Assembly (NCBI GenBank): GCA_001780275.1
Contig: MFGB01000005.1
Coordinates: forward strand, 84,306-148,305
DNA from: Candidatus Falkowbacteria bacterium RIFOXYA2_FULL_47_19
GTDB taxonomy: Bacteria; Patescibacteriota; Patescibacteriia; Patescibacteriales; UBA12075
Direction of reading: 5' to 3'
DNA length: 64,000 nucleotides
This document shows, in pieces, positions 1-9,068 of the stretch (position 1 is its first letter; the number at the start of each line of letters is the position of its first letter). The notes under the pieces were generated by a model that saw only the letters and a list, made by a program, of their open reading frames with translations, had not been told where the DNA came from and searched no databases. The position numbers were made by a program, and so were the translations under genes.

Positions 1-1559
1 ACCCTCTGCCAGGTAACTCTTTTCGTTCCGTCTTTGAGCTCTTCGATATTCGCGGCCTCGTTCGTTTCGAGAAAAACCGGTCCGCCCCAAAGGAACTCTA
101 TGCCCAGCATCGTATTGTGGATGAATTCCTTTACCAGGGGTTTTCCTTCGAAGTGGTGCTTCAGGCACAGGCCCACCTCGGACGCTTCGTTGACGGTAAT
201 GTGCGGCGGATGATAGAGGGAATTGAAAAGCATTTGCCGGTAATCCTCGGCCTTGCGGCTTTTGACGTACCAGACCCAAACCCGGCGACCTTCGTCCAAA
301 TACCTGTCGGCCACGAAAAGATCGTTTTTCGTCACGAAACCCTGGTCCACGAAGGTGGACAGGAAACTGAAATCGCAGAGGCTTTCCCGGATCTTAAAGA
401 TGAATTCCTGTCCGTGCCCGGTCTGCTCATTGAACTTTTCGCGTTCCGTCGCGTCCGAAAGGCTTCTGTACTTAAGGGAATACTTGTTGGTGTCGCCCAA
501 CTCTTCGATCCATTGGAACAAACGCAGGCCCAGGGCATAGGGGTTTAGACCCACGCGCGGCATAGAGGTAACGCCGGCGTTAATGCGGGCAAAATCAACT
601 TCGTGGCCCCGGATGCGGTCATCGGTCAAGAACAGTTTTTCGTGCCAGTAAGAGGCCCAACCCTCGTTCATGATCTTTGTTCGGATCTGCGGCTGGAAAA
701 AAACCGAAGTTTTCCGCACTACTTCCATAACTGCTTTCATCCAGGAATTCTTATCCTGGTTCAAAAATTGCGAATTTTTGATTACGTATTGGATCGGATC
801 GATTTTTTGCGGCTGCGTGGTTTCCTTGCAATAGCTGGTGTATTTGGCGGGTAATTCCGGCCAGACCTGGTTGACGGCGTGGAGAAACGCGTTTTCTCCG
901 TCTGTTCGGTTGTACTCCTCGATCCATTTTAAGTAGGTTTGCCGGCGCAAATTGTCGTTTTTGAAATCGGCGATTGTCTGCAGGAATATATCGAAGAAAT
1001 AGTCGATTTTACCGAGTTTTTTCGGGGTTTCGCGGGAGTCGGTCCTGGACAATTCCCCCCAGTAATCCACCAGATTGTCCATGCCGCGCGTAAACTCGAT
1101 CACGTAATCGACCCACCGTCCGTGTTCCCTTCTTAAATTAGCGATCAGGCGCTTATCGGACAGCGCCTCGCCGCAAAAATCGTAATCCCAGGTGTTGCGG
1201 AAATAATGGTTTTTGCGGAAAAAATCGATATGACCAAGGACGTGATAGAAGATCATGACGTTCAACCAGTCCGGATTATTATCGTTGTAGAACGAAATAG
1301 CCGGGCGGGTATTGATCACGGTCTCGTAAGGATTCGAGGGATAAAGTTCGTATTTGCCCCGACCCTGAAGCACTTCGATATCGTGCACCCAGTAATCGTA
1401 CAGGGTCGGGATCATGATCTTCGGGGAAAGCTCTACAAGGTCGCGGTTGGTAATAATGTATTCCAGAGTTTCGTCATTGACGTCAAGCCCGGCGTCCACG
1501 GCTCGCTTTTTGCATTCCTCCATTATTCCTTTGGTGTGCTGGTCGATTAATTTCGTCAT
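1..1559 (-). CDS. spoVR: SpoVR/YcgB family protein, 3' end cut by window edge
   Basis: Not in the ORF track because it has no stop in the window. My translation from ATG at 1559 (GGAGG 6 nt upstream) stays open to position 1: MTKLIDQHTKGIMEECKKRAV..FYHVLGHIDFFRKNHYF..KIMNEGWASYWHEKLF. These blocks are typical of SpoVR. The listed + ORFs at 117-1550 are antisense shadows. Confidence 0.85.
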   Translation of the reverse strand, partial: MTKLIDQHTKGIMEECKKRAVDAGLDVNDETLEYIITNRDLVELSPKIMIPTLYDYWVHDIEVLQGRGKYELYPSNPYETVINTRPAISFYNDNNPDWLNVMIFYHVLGHIDFFRKNHYFRNTWDYDFCGEALSDKRLIANLRREHGRWVDYVIEFTRGMDNLVDYWGELSRTDSRETPKKLGKIDYFFDIFLQTIADFKNDNLRRQTYLKWIEEYNRTDGENAFLHAVNQVWPELPAKYTSYCKETTQPQKIDPIQYVIKNSQFLNQDKNSWMKAVMEVVRKTSVFFQPQIRTKIMNEGWASYWHEKLFLTDDRIRGHEVDFARINAGVTSMPRVGLNPYALGLRLFQWIEELGDTNKYSLKYRSLSDATEREKFNEQTGHGQEFIFKIRESLCDFSFLSTFVDQGFVTKNDLFVADRYLDEGRRVWVWYVKSRKAEDYRQMLFNSLYHPPHITVNEASEVGLCLKHHFEGKPLVKEFIHNTMLGIEFLWGGPVFLETNEAANIEELKDGTKRVTWQR

Positions 1560-1569
1560 GGTCGACCTC

Positions 1570-2919
1570 CTATTCGGACAGTATTGTTTTGATGCCTTCG
1601 ATCAAACGCGGTTCATCGGCGTTTTCGGGCATGGAATCAAGGCGGATCAACTTCGGATATTCTTTGAGCAGGTTGGATTTTTTAACGTATTTTTCAACTT
1701 CCGTAGATCCGTCGCCGTTTCCGTTCACCACGGTAATGCCGACCCGGTTAACGTAGCTCATCATTTTTTTGAGTTCCGGCACCGCATCCTTGCCTTCGGC
1801 GTCCCAGTCGTCTCCGTCCGTACCGTGGAAAACATAGATATTGTATTCCTGAGCCAGATTCTCTTTTTCGGCGATCTCGTTAACAAGTTTATAACCCGAG
1901 GACACTTGCGTTCCGCCGGCAACCTTCGAGTTGTAGTAAGTAAAAAAATCCGGAACTTCCTTGGCGGAGGTATCGTGCAGAATGAACCGGCATTCAGCCA
2001 TGTGCTCGTACTGGTAAAGCAGGAAGGCGTAGATCATGACATGCTGGCTCACAATAATTTGAGTTCGTTTTCCCGTCATCGAGCCGGAATAATCGCGGAC
2101 AAAGAAGATCATGGCCGGAGATTCGAAAACCTTTTCGCGGGAAAGTATCCGATAGATCATGTCTTTCGGCGACACGATCAGTTGTTCTGTATCGACGTTC
2201 TCGGGATCGATATTCCCCAACGATATGTTGGTCTCTATGATCTTCCGTAGCGAGGCCTTCTTGTCGAGAAATTGTCCGAAACCCCGGTTGCGGTCGGTCA
2301 GATCGTATTTGATGCGGGTACTCGGCCTTTTTTTCGATTTTTCCTGCAGATGCGGCAGGGAGAATTTTTCCGTAAGCACCCGGCCGAGCTCGTAAGCTGA
2401 TTGCTCGATACCGTGGTTGGTTTCTTCCCCCTGGCCCGGACCGGCGCCGCTGCCCTGTTCGCTTTGGTCTATCGGCTGCTCGCCGATGATCTCTCCTTCT
2501 TCGCCCTTGCCTTGTCCGCCAGCCCCTTCTTCCTCTTCCGAGACTTCCGGATCGTGGATGAACTTTTCCTCGGTTGTGGTCGGTACGACTATCACTCTTT
2601 GGCCGCTTCTTCCCGGTTTAACCAGGCGCCCGATCCGTATTTTTTCGGGAAAGCCGTCGTTTGTCCGCTGTTTGTCGTGCGCCAGAAGATCATCGATGGA
2701 CCGGATATTAAGGGACTTATCCGGTTCGGGCCGCATATTCAGAAAACGGCTTTGATCGTTATTCGCCGGACCGTATAACCCGGGGACCGGTTTAGGATCC
2801 GCCGCCGGCAGGCCATGATCGCCGCCAGCCTCTATTTCGGAGAGCATTCTTTTTCTCTTATCTTCGGAGCTTCTATCGGCGAAACGCCGATAGATCGGTT
2901 CAAGCTGGTTTTTATCCAT
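1570..2919 (-). CDS. yhbH: YhbH/YeaH (DUF444) protein with vWA-like C-terminal domain
   Basis: ORF track 1570..2967. Preferred start is ATG 2919 (MDKNQLEPIYRRF) behind GAGGGGGA. It has an acidic/Gly-rich middle and the MIDAS-like DYSGSM and GTDGDDWD blocks. It lies between prkA and spoVR, as in known operons. Confidence 0.85.
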   Translation of the reverse strand: MDKNQLEPIYRRFADRSSEDKRKRMLSEIEAGGDHGLPAADPKPVPGLYGPANNDQSRFLNMRPEPDKSLNIRSIDDLLAHDKQRTNDGFPEKIRIGRLVKPGRSGQRVIVVPTTTEEKFIHDPEVSEEEEGAGGQGKGEEGEIIGEQPIDQSEQGSGAGPGQGEETNHGIEQSAYELGRVLTEKFSLPHLQEKSKKRPSTRIKYDLTDRNRGFGQFLDKKASLRKIIETNISLGNIDPENVDTEQLIVSPKDMIYRILSREKVFESPAMIFFVRDYSGSMTGKRTQIIVSQHVMIYAFLLYQYEHMAECRFILHDTSAKEVPDFFTYYNSKVAGGTQVSSGYKLVNEIAEKENLAQEYNIYVFHGTDGDDWDAEGKDAVPELKKMMSYVNRVGITVVNGNGDGSTEVEKYVKKSNLLKEYPKLIRLDSMPENADEPRLIEGIKTILSE

Positions 2920-2986
2920 AAGAATCCCCCTCAATAGATAAACGGCCGGGAAACCTAAAAGCGGCATTCCCGGCCTTGTTGACGTC

Positions 2987-5050
2987 CTAATTTTCGTCGT
3001 CCTGGGTACAGAAGTACTCGATCGTCTTCTGCGCGCAAGTACGGCAATACATTAGCTTGTTGAGCATCGTCGATATCATACGGTCGTACAATTTCTGGTT
3101 CTCTTCGTTGGTGCGGTTGGCTAGAGCACCGATCAAGCTCCCGGCGCCGGCGATATCCGATTTCAGGCGAACGTCGGTGACGGCTTTGACCAGTTCCAGG
3201 TTGTCCATGAAATCGTAGTTCGGATCGACCGAAATTTTCTGGCCGTAGATCTTACGGATCGAGGTGCGGAAGGTTTCCCGCTGCTCCTGGGTTTTTAAGC
3301 CCAGCCGTTCTTCGACCGATTTGATGAATCTTTCGTCGATCTTCATGGCGCGAAGTTCCCCGCTCTGGGGGTCCTTATACTTCCACATCTTGTCCGGACC
3401 GAGGTTTTCCGCGTCGATGCCGATGATCATATTCACATAGTTCATGACATCTTTGCGGATGGCCAGCGGTTCGTCCATATAGGCGTTGAACATCTCCGTC
3501 ATGATCCGTTCACGGTAAAGTCCCTTGGCGAGCTTGATGTCCTCCAGGAATTTTATACGGTCATTATTGTCGGAGACATAATCCAGGACAACGCGTTCGA
3601 GCGCCGTATAAACGTCGAAAGCGAAGAGGCATTTGCCCTTGGTGGTCGCGGAGCTTTCATTTAAGATCTGCATCGCCCGGCCCAGGTTGCGCTGGCCGAA
3701 GCCCTTTTGTCCGAAATGATCCATCGGGTTGGCTTTTTGGTTCAAGGTGTCTATCACTTCGGCCAGAGCCTTGACGGATTTTTCGCCGGCTACTTCGCCA
3801 GCGGCCAATTTCATCATTTCGATCGGGTCGAGCTTTTCGGTCTTTGGCAGGCGCATGAGCACGGCGGCCACGGAAGCGGCATAGACGAGATTCGGGTCTT
3901 CATGCAGGGGCTCGCCTTTGAGCGTTGCCCTTTCCCGGTCGCCGATCGAATAGCGCGTGAGGTCGTACTGGAGCTTGTAGTTGGTGTTGTGGGATACGTA
4001 GCAAATGCGGCATCGGTCGATGATCGGGGATTGCGCCTTGTCGGCCAGGAAGTTCGCGAACTCGGAATTATTCGAGGTGGCGATGATAAGGGTGTCGATC
4101 GGCCACTTATAGCCGTCGATCTCGATGCAGCGGTTCTGGATGACGCCCAGGTATACCTGGACCAGGTCAAGCTTGTTCTTGTAGATTTCGTCAGCGAAAT
4201 GGATTCCGCCGCCGGCTACGCGGGCGAGTGCCCCGCGCCGCAGGTCGAAGCGGTAAGGATTGTTCGTGTCGGTAATGTGTAAGAGGCGCTGGATCGATTC
4301 CTCGCCCAAGAGGTCAACGGCCGATGAGGTGATCTTATCTTTGGCCGGATATTTTCCGGTAACTGTGCCGAGGCTTTCGCTCAAGGGAACCGGAAAAGTG
4401 CGGACAAAATCGAGCATCTTGTCGATTTTGCCCTCAGCGTGCTCGCGGACACTATCCCAGATATAGCTGGTGCAGGCGCCCAAGGGACGGTAATTTTCGT
4501 AAAGCTTATCGATCTGTTCTTTGGAAAATCCGCTCTGGCATAGAAATTCTTGGTTTTGGGACTTGTCTTCGAAGAGGTTCATGGCCAGGATCATCGGATC
4601 CTCGTATGTCTGCGATTCGATCGTCTTGATCCGGCCGTATGATCCGAGCTCTCCGACATTCACGAACTTGAAAGAATAACGGCGATTGGCCGGCTCTGAC
4701 AGGAATTCCCGGTATTTGCGACACAAGAATTCCACGAAAAACGTTTTGCCGTTTCCCGGTTCGCCGATCAGCACAAAGGCCATCTCTTTCGAAGAGCCGT
4801 TCTCGGCCGCGTCCTTTATGAAAGACACGAGGCTGTTGATCTCGTCGTAGAGGCCGATAATGTGCTTTTTCCCGCCGCGAAAAATGCTGTAATCGAACGT
4901 GTCGGAGCCGTTCACATTGACGTCTTCCGGCATTTTCCCCAAAATCATCCGGGAAATACCCTGGAAAGCATTTTCGAAAATTCTCTTCCCGGAGATAATG
5001 GCGGCGATATGGTCATTCAAGGTGTTGGCTTCAAGCGACTTTGCGGTCAT
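2987..5050 (-). CDS. prkA: PrkA serine protein kinase / AAA-type ATPase
   Basis: 687-aa ORF with Walker A LIGEPGNGKTFF, an AAGGAG RBS, and typical PrkA length and sequence. Confidence 0.92.
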   Translation of the reverse strand: MTAKSLEANTLNDHIAAIISGKRIFENAFQGISRMILGKMPEDVNVNGSDTFDYSIFRGGKKHIIGLYDEINSLVSFIKDAAENGSSKEMAFVLIGEPGNGKTFFVEFLCRKYREFLSEPANRRYSFKFVNVGELGSYGRIKTIESQTYEDPMILAMNLFEDKSQNQEFLCQSGFSKEQIDKLYENYRPLGACTSYIWDSVREHAEGKIDKMLDFVRTFPVPLSESLGTVTGKYPAKDKITSSAVDLLGEESIQRLLHITDTNNPYRFDLRRGALARVAGGGIHFADEIYKNKLDLVQVYLGVIQNRCIEIDGYKWPIDTLIIATSNNSEFANFLADKAQSPIIDRCRICYVSHNTNYKLQYDLTRYSIGDRERATLKGEPLHEDPNLVYAASVAAVLMRLPKTEKLDPIEMMKLAAGEVAGEKSVKALAEVIDTLNQKANPMDHFGQKGFGQRNLGRAMQILNESSATTKGKCLFAFDVYTALERVVLDYVSDNNDRIKFLEDIKLAKGLYRERIMTEMFNAYMDEPLAIRKDVMNYVNMIIGIDAENLGPDKMWKYKDPQSGELRAMKIDERFIKSVEERLGLKTQEQRETFRTSIRKIYGQKISVDPNYDFMDNLELVKAVTDVRLKSDIAGAGSLIGALANRTNEENQKLYDRMISTMLNKLMYCRTCAQKTIEYFCTQDDEN

Positions 5051-5104
5051 GGCTTTTTCTCCTTTACGGTTATACCGAAATACTTTTTTCGCGAAACCGA
5101 TCTA

Positions 5105-5134
5105 ATTATTGGCGTATCCTCCTTTAATTGTCAA
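5105..5134 (-). promoter_or_regulatory. Candidate sigma70-type promoter of the prkA operon
   Basis: On the minus strand: TTGACA (5134-5129), 18 nt, AATAAT (5110-5105), about 55 nt upstream of the prkA ATG. Confidence 0.45.
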
Positions 5135-5225
5135 AGTTCGATTTAATGGATAAATTTTCATTCATGCCATTTGCCCGTTTTCGCTGAATATCGGATAAGC
5201 GGACACGAGCGGATGGCGCGAGAGT

Positions 5226-5259
5226 AAAAAAGCCCAACTGTTCGAGAGTCGGGCTTTTC
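5226..5259. terminator. Orphan bidirectional hairpin terminator upstream of prkA
   Basis: AAAAAAGCCCAACTG-ttcgaga-GTCGGGCTTTT: an imperfect 8-9 bp stem with an A6 run on one side and T4 on the other. The T-run is better on the minus strand. No annotated gene ends here. Confidence 0.5.
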
Positions 5260-5514
5260 TTTATTTTATCCTGGTATTTGATCGGTTTAGCCCAACGAAA
5301 AACATTTCCTGATAAATAAGCAGGTATTAATGATCAAAGATGATTTTTTAACCTGTTGGGTCGGGGTCATTTCAAGAGGAATTAGAGTTTCATTAAGTCT
5401 TAATATTATATCTCATTGTAACAATTCGGGCATTTTTGTCAAGTTTAATAAGCAAACCTGTGCTTATTTCTAAAAAATATATATTAAAGCCAATATTAAA
5501 CAGAAACATGCCTA

Positions 5515-5543
5515 TTGACATTTTTGTAAAAATCTGATAAACT
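5515..5543 (+). promoter_or_regulatory. Candidate promoter for the 5588 gene
   Basis: TTGACA (5515-5520), 17 nt, TAAACT (5538-5543). Confidence 0.45.
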
Positions 5544-5587
5544 TAATCAACGTTAACAAATAGTTTTAATAAGTTTTATATAATCGG

Positions 5588-5848
5588 ATGTTGGCATTGA
5601 CTCTCAGGAAAATTTTATTAGTAAGCGCGGGTATTCTGACCGTTGTTTTCGGCATCATAAGCCTGGTATTGCCGATATTGCCCGGGTTTGTTTTGATAAT
5701 CGTCGGTCTGATGCTTTTTGCCAAAGCGGCCGGCGGGCATTGGGAAAAAAGCACGGAGCATAAAATCCAGAATATGGTTATAATGATCAAGGCTAAACTT
5801 ATCGGTTTAAGATTGGCGGCCAGAAAGATCACTGCAATCTTTTTTTAA
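5588..5848 (+). CDS. Small two-TM membrane protein (YbaN/PGPGW-like)
   Basis: 86-aa ORF with the hydrophobic hairpin LVSAGILTVVFGIISLVLPILPGFVLIIVGLMLF. Family assignment is by resemblance only. Confidence 0.55.
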   Translation: MLALTLRKILLVSAGILTVVFGIISLVLPILPGFVLIIVGLMLFAKAAGGHWEKSTEHKIQNMVIMIKAKLIGLRLAARKITAIFF

Positions 5849-5910
5849 TTTAATGGTTATGATATCATGAAACTGCCGGATATAAGGGGGCAGTTTTTAT
5901 TATTTATATT

Positions 5911-5994
5911 ATTACAAATTCACAAATCAAAGCACAAATAACACAAATAATATCGGGAAATCTAAATTTGTGATGAAATTTGTGAATTTGTGAT
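5911..5994. repeat. ACAAAT/ATTTGT hexamer-array palindrome, copy 1
   Basis: ATTACAAATTCACAAATCAAAGCACAAATAACACAAAT ... AATTTGTGATGAAATTTGTGAATTTGT. It shares the 18-mer ATTACAAATTCACAAATC with copy 2 at 9069. It ends 9 nt before the helicase ATG. Confidence 0.8.
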
Positions 5995-6003
5995 CATGAA
6001 GCA

Positions 6004-7299
6004 ATGACGAACAATATCAATCAGGAAAAAAACGGTTTTTACGGCTTGGGTATAGCGCCTAAATTTTTTGAAATTCTCGACGAATTGAATTTTACCGTGC
6101 CGACGCCGATCCAGGTAAAGTCCATACCGGTGGCGATCGAAGGGAAAGATCTGGTCGGGATCGCCCAGACCGGCACGGGGAAGACCCTGGCCTTCGGCGT
6201 GCCGATGCTACAGCGTCTGGCGCAGAACGGGGGCAGGGGACTCGTTATAATACCGACGCGCGAACTGGCTCTCCAGGTAAACGAGCACTTGACCATGATC
6301 GGGCGCAAGCTCGGTCTTCGGACGGCGGTTTTAATCGGCGGAGAAACTATTAATAAGCAATTCGCCGCCCTGCGCCGAAAACCGCATATAATAGTGGCCA
6401 CGCCCGGACGCCTGATCGACCACCTGGGACGTAAAACCGTTGACCTTAGCGCCGTAAAAATTTTGGTCCTGGACGAAGCTGATATGATGTTCGACATGGG
6501 ATTCGCGCCGCAGATCAGGGAAATTTTAAAAGCCGTGCCAAAGAAAAGACAGACGATGCTTTTTTCCGCGACCATGCCGCCGGAGATCATGAATATCGCC
6601 GCCCGCGAGATGGCCCTGCCGGTCAGGATCGAAGTCGCGCCGGCCGGTACTGCGGCCGCCGGCGTCACTCAGGAGATGATAATAGTGAACGTCGAGGATA
6701 AATTCGCCCAGGTGGAAAAAATATTAGTTAAGCATACCGGGCCGGTCCTGGTTTTCACGCGCACCAAGCACGGCGCCAAGAATCTCTGCCGCAAACTCCG
6801 GCAGATCGGCCACAAATCAGCGGAGATCCATTCTAACCGCTCCCTGGCCCAGCGCCGGGAAGCCTTGGACGGATTCAAGATCGGGAAGTTCCGGATCCTG
6901 GTCGCGACCGATATCGCCGCCCGCGGCATTGACGTTTCCGGCATCGAGCTTGTGCTTAATTATGACCTGCCCGAGCAAGCCGAGGATTATGTCCACCGCA
7001 TCGGCCGCACGGCCCGCGCCGGCCGGACCGGCGTCGCGATCTCCTTGGCTCTGCCCGCTCAGCTCGCCGCCATCAAAAAGATCGAAAAAACCATCAATAA
7101 AACCATACCCCAAACCCGCTTAGCCGCCTTTCCCGATAACGGCATTAGCTCTATATTTAACAGGAACCGCCTGAAGTTCAGTCATCACCGCCAGACCAGG
7201 GAAGCCGGCCAGAGCCGCGCCAACCAGCCGAAATTCAACCGGAATATCGCCCGCCGCCGTCGGTCTTTCAGTACCGGTAGCGTTCGACCGAAGCGTTAA
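6004..7299 (+). CDS. DEAD-box ATP-dependent RNA helicase
   Basis: Motifs AQTGTGKT, PTRELA, DEAD, SAT and HRIGRTARAG, with a basic C-terminal tail. Confidence 0.95.
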   Translation: MTNNINQEKNGFYGLGIAPKFFEILDELNFTVPTPIQVKSIPVAIEGKDLVGIAQTGTGKTLAFGVPMLQRLAQNGGRGLVIIPTRELALQVNEHLTMIGRKLGLRTAVLIGGETINKQFAALRRKPHIIVATPGRLIDHLGRKTVDLSAVKILVLDEADMMFDMGFAPQIREILKAVPKKRQTMLFSATMPPEIMNIAAREMALPVRIEVAPAGTAAAGVTQEMIIVNVEDKFAQVEKILVKHTGPVLVFTRTKHGAKNLCRKLRQIGHKSAEIHSNRSLAQRREALDGFKIGKFRILVATDIAARGIDVSGIELVLNYDLPEQAEDYVHRIGRTARAGRTGVAISLALPAQLAAIKKIEKTINKTIPQTRLAAFPDNGISSIFNRNRLKFSHHRQTREAGQSRANQPKFNRNIARRRRSFSTGSVRPKR

Positions 7300-7322
7300 G
7301 TTTAAACATTGGAATTGTATAG

Positions 7323-7348
7323 AAAATCGGTGTAAAACCGATTTTTTG
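7323..7348 (+). terminator. Rho-independent terminator after the helicase gene
   Basis: Stem ATCGGT/ACCGAT followed by T6. Confidence 0.7.
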
Positions 7349-7354
7349 TTACTC

Positions 7355-7383
7355 TTGACAAAAACTTGACGTCGTGCTATTAT
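7355..7383 (+). promoter_or_regulatory. Sigma70-type promoter for the 7434 gene
   Basis: TTGACA (7355-7360), 17 nt, TATTAT (7378-7383). A GGGAGG RBS precedes the ATG at 7434. Confidence 0.6.
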
Positions 7384-7433
7384 CCCTTATCAAGGGATTT
7401 TTTTGAACATTACATATCAAGGGAGGAAAAAGA

Positions 7434-7832
7434 ATGGAAAATGAATCCACAACAACCTGTGATCGCGAATGGGTGCTGGAGAAAGCGCTCGCCGCGAAAG
7501 TCGAACTCGCGAAGGCGAGAGAGCTGCTGATACCCAGTTGCATGGAAATAATTAAATCATGGTCTTTTTGGAAAAGGTTAGAATGGCTCTGCTTTCCTTG
7601 CACGGAAAAAATGGTGGAAAACCGCCGCTTTCCTTGCACGGAAAAAATGGTGAAAAACTTCGGCTTTTACATGTGGCCGGAATATGCGTTGTGGCTGCGT
7701 GAGTCCCATTTGGCCGAATTGATATATCTGGCCGAAAATGCTTGTGACGGCACGGTGGCCGTTACCGGAGCGGGCATGCATGCCTTGAAGTTCAACGCGG
7801 ATTCGTTCATTAAACATAGATTTGCTGATTGA
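7434..7832 (+). CDS. Hypothetical protein with internal 12-aa duplication
   Basis: 132-aa ORF with a good promoter, RBS and downstream hairpin terminator (AACGGGAG..CTCCCGTTTTTTTT). I recognise no family. Confidence 0.6.
   Translation: MENESTTTCDREWVLEKALAAKVELAKARELLIPSCMEIIKSWSFWKRLEWLCFPCTEKMVENRRFPCTEKMVKNFGFYMWPEYALWLRESHLAELIYLAENACDGTVAVTGAGMHALKFNADSFIKHRFAD
7591..7662 (+). repeat. 36-nt tandem duplication inside the CDS
   Basis: GCTTTCCTTGCACGGAAAAAATGGTGGAAAACCGCC followed by GCTTTCCTTGCACGGAAAAAATGGTGAAAAACTTCG. It encodes FPCTEKMVxN twice. Confidence 0.85.
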
Positions 7833-7965
7833 ACAACTTCTAAAAAACAAACGGGAGAACAAAGCTCCCGTTTTTTTTATTATGTTGCTCTTGTGGCAAA
7901 CCCCCGTAAAATTCAGGCGGGATAGACAAGTTTTTGTTATTATGCTATCATAAGATAAGTAAAAT

Positions 7966-8037
7966 GGCCCGTTCGTCTAATGGTCAGGACGTAAGGTTCT
8001 CATCCTTAAAACAGGGGTTCGATTCCCCTACGGGCTA
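7966..8037 (+). tRNA. tRNA-Glu (anticodon CUC)
   Basis: Hand-folded cloverleaf: acceptor GGCCCGT/ACGGGCT, anticodon stem TAAGG/CCTTA, loop TTCTCAT, T arm AGGGG-TTCGATT-CCCCT, 4-nt variable loop. No encoded CCA. Confidence 0.85.
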
Positions 8038-8045
8038 CGAAAATA

Positions 8046-8072
8046 AAAAGCTCCGCATCAGCGGAGTTTTTG
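8046..8072. terminator. Hairpin terminator between tRNA-Glu and the convergent fmt
   Basis: Stem CTCCGC-atca-GCGGAG followed by TTTTT and preceded by an A-run. Confidence 0.65.
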
Positions 8073-8090
8073 TGTTTGTAATTCGTATTT

Positions 8091-9047
8091 TTATTCGGCT
8101 AATAAATTTTTATATCCGTTAATGAATTCCTCTCCGCTCATGATCTTTTTTCCCTCCGGCTGGATTTTTTTAATAATCAAAGCATTTTGTCCGCATTGCA
8201 TGGCTAATTTATTTTCAAAAACAAAAAACTTCCCCGGTTCATATTCATTGATTCTTATCGGCACATGGTTTGTTTCTATGATTTTAATAATTTTGCCATC
8301 GCCATGTTTCATGTTTCGTGTTTCATGATAAAATGACGTCGGCCACGGCGACATCGCCCTTACGAACCGCTCGATCTCTTCCGCGGACTTTTTAAAATCT
8401 ATCAGTCCGTCTTCCTTTTTAAGCTGGCGGGCGTAAGAAGCTAAGGTTTCGTCCTGAGATTGCGGCGATATTTTTCCGGCGATATGATCTTTAAGGGTCG
8501 GCAGTAAAAGTTCCGCCCCTAAAAGCGAGAGCTTGTCAAAAAGCGTTCCGGCGGTGTCGGTATTTTCTATGGGGATCGATCTTTGCGCCAGGATCGGGCC
8601 GGTATCGAGCCCTTTATCCATTTTCATGATCGTTATTCCCGTCTCTTTGTCGCCAGCCATGATCGCCGCCTGGATACAGGACGCGCCGCGGTATTTAGGA
8701 AGAAGCGAGCCGTGGATATTCAAACAACCGTATTTGGGCGTGCTTAATATGTTTTCGGGCAGAATTTGGGCGTAAGCGGCAACTACGATCAAATCAATAT
8801 TAGCTATCGGATGTCGGGATATTTTTTCCGGTTGGTATATCGGTATTTTATATTTTTGAGCTTCGAGTTTTATCGGTGGGGGAGTGAGGATCTGTTTGCG
8901 GCCGGTTTTTTTGTCCGGCTGAGTAATAACCGCGACCACGTCAAACACTTCGTCTTTAATTAAGGCGCGCAGTGCCGGTATGCCGAAATCCGGGGTACCG
9001 ATGAATATAGTTTTTATTTTTTTTACAGACATGATATGATTAAACAT
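8091..9047 (-). CDS. fmt: Methionyl-tRNA formyltransferase
   Basis: IFIGTPDF N-terminus and the NIHGSLLPKYRG motif. The true start may be the internal MSVKK. Confidence 0.93.
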   Translation of the reverse strand: MFNHIMSVKKIKTIFIGTPDFGIPALRALIKDEVFDVVAVITQPDKKTGRKQILTPPPIKLEAQKYKIPIYQPEKISRHPIANIDLIVVAAYAQILPENILSTPKYGCLNIHGSLLPKYRGASCIQAAIMAGDKETGITIMKMDKGLDTGPILAQRSIPIENTDTAGTLFDKLSLLGAELLLPTLKDHIAGKISPQSQDETLASYARQLKKEDGLIDFKKSAEEIERFVRAMSPWPTSFYHETRNMKHGDGKIIKIIETNHVPIRINEYEPGKFFVFENKLAMQCGQNALIIKKIQPEGKKIMSGEEFINGYKNLLAE

Positions 9048-9068
9048 AGCTTATCAGCAATAACCAAT

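Noticed and set aside
117-2250. The + strand ORFs listed by the track (143, 95, 83, 65, 114 and 278 aa).
   Set aside because: They lie antisense to the clearly homologous spoVR and yhbH genes and have low-complexity, family-less translations. They are shadow ORFs.
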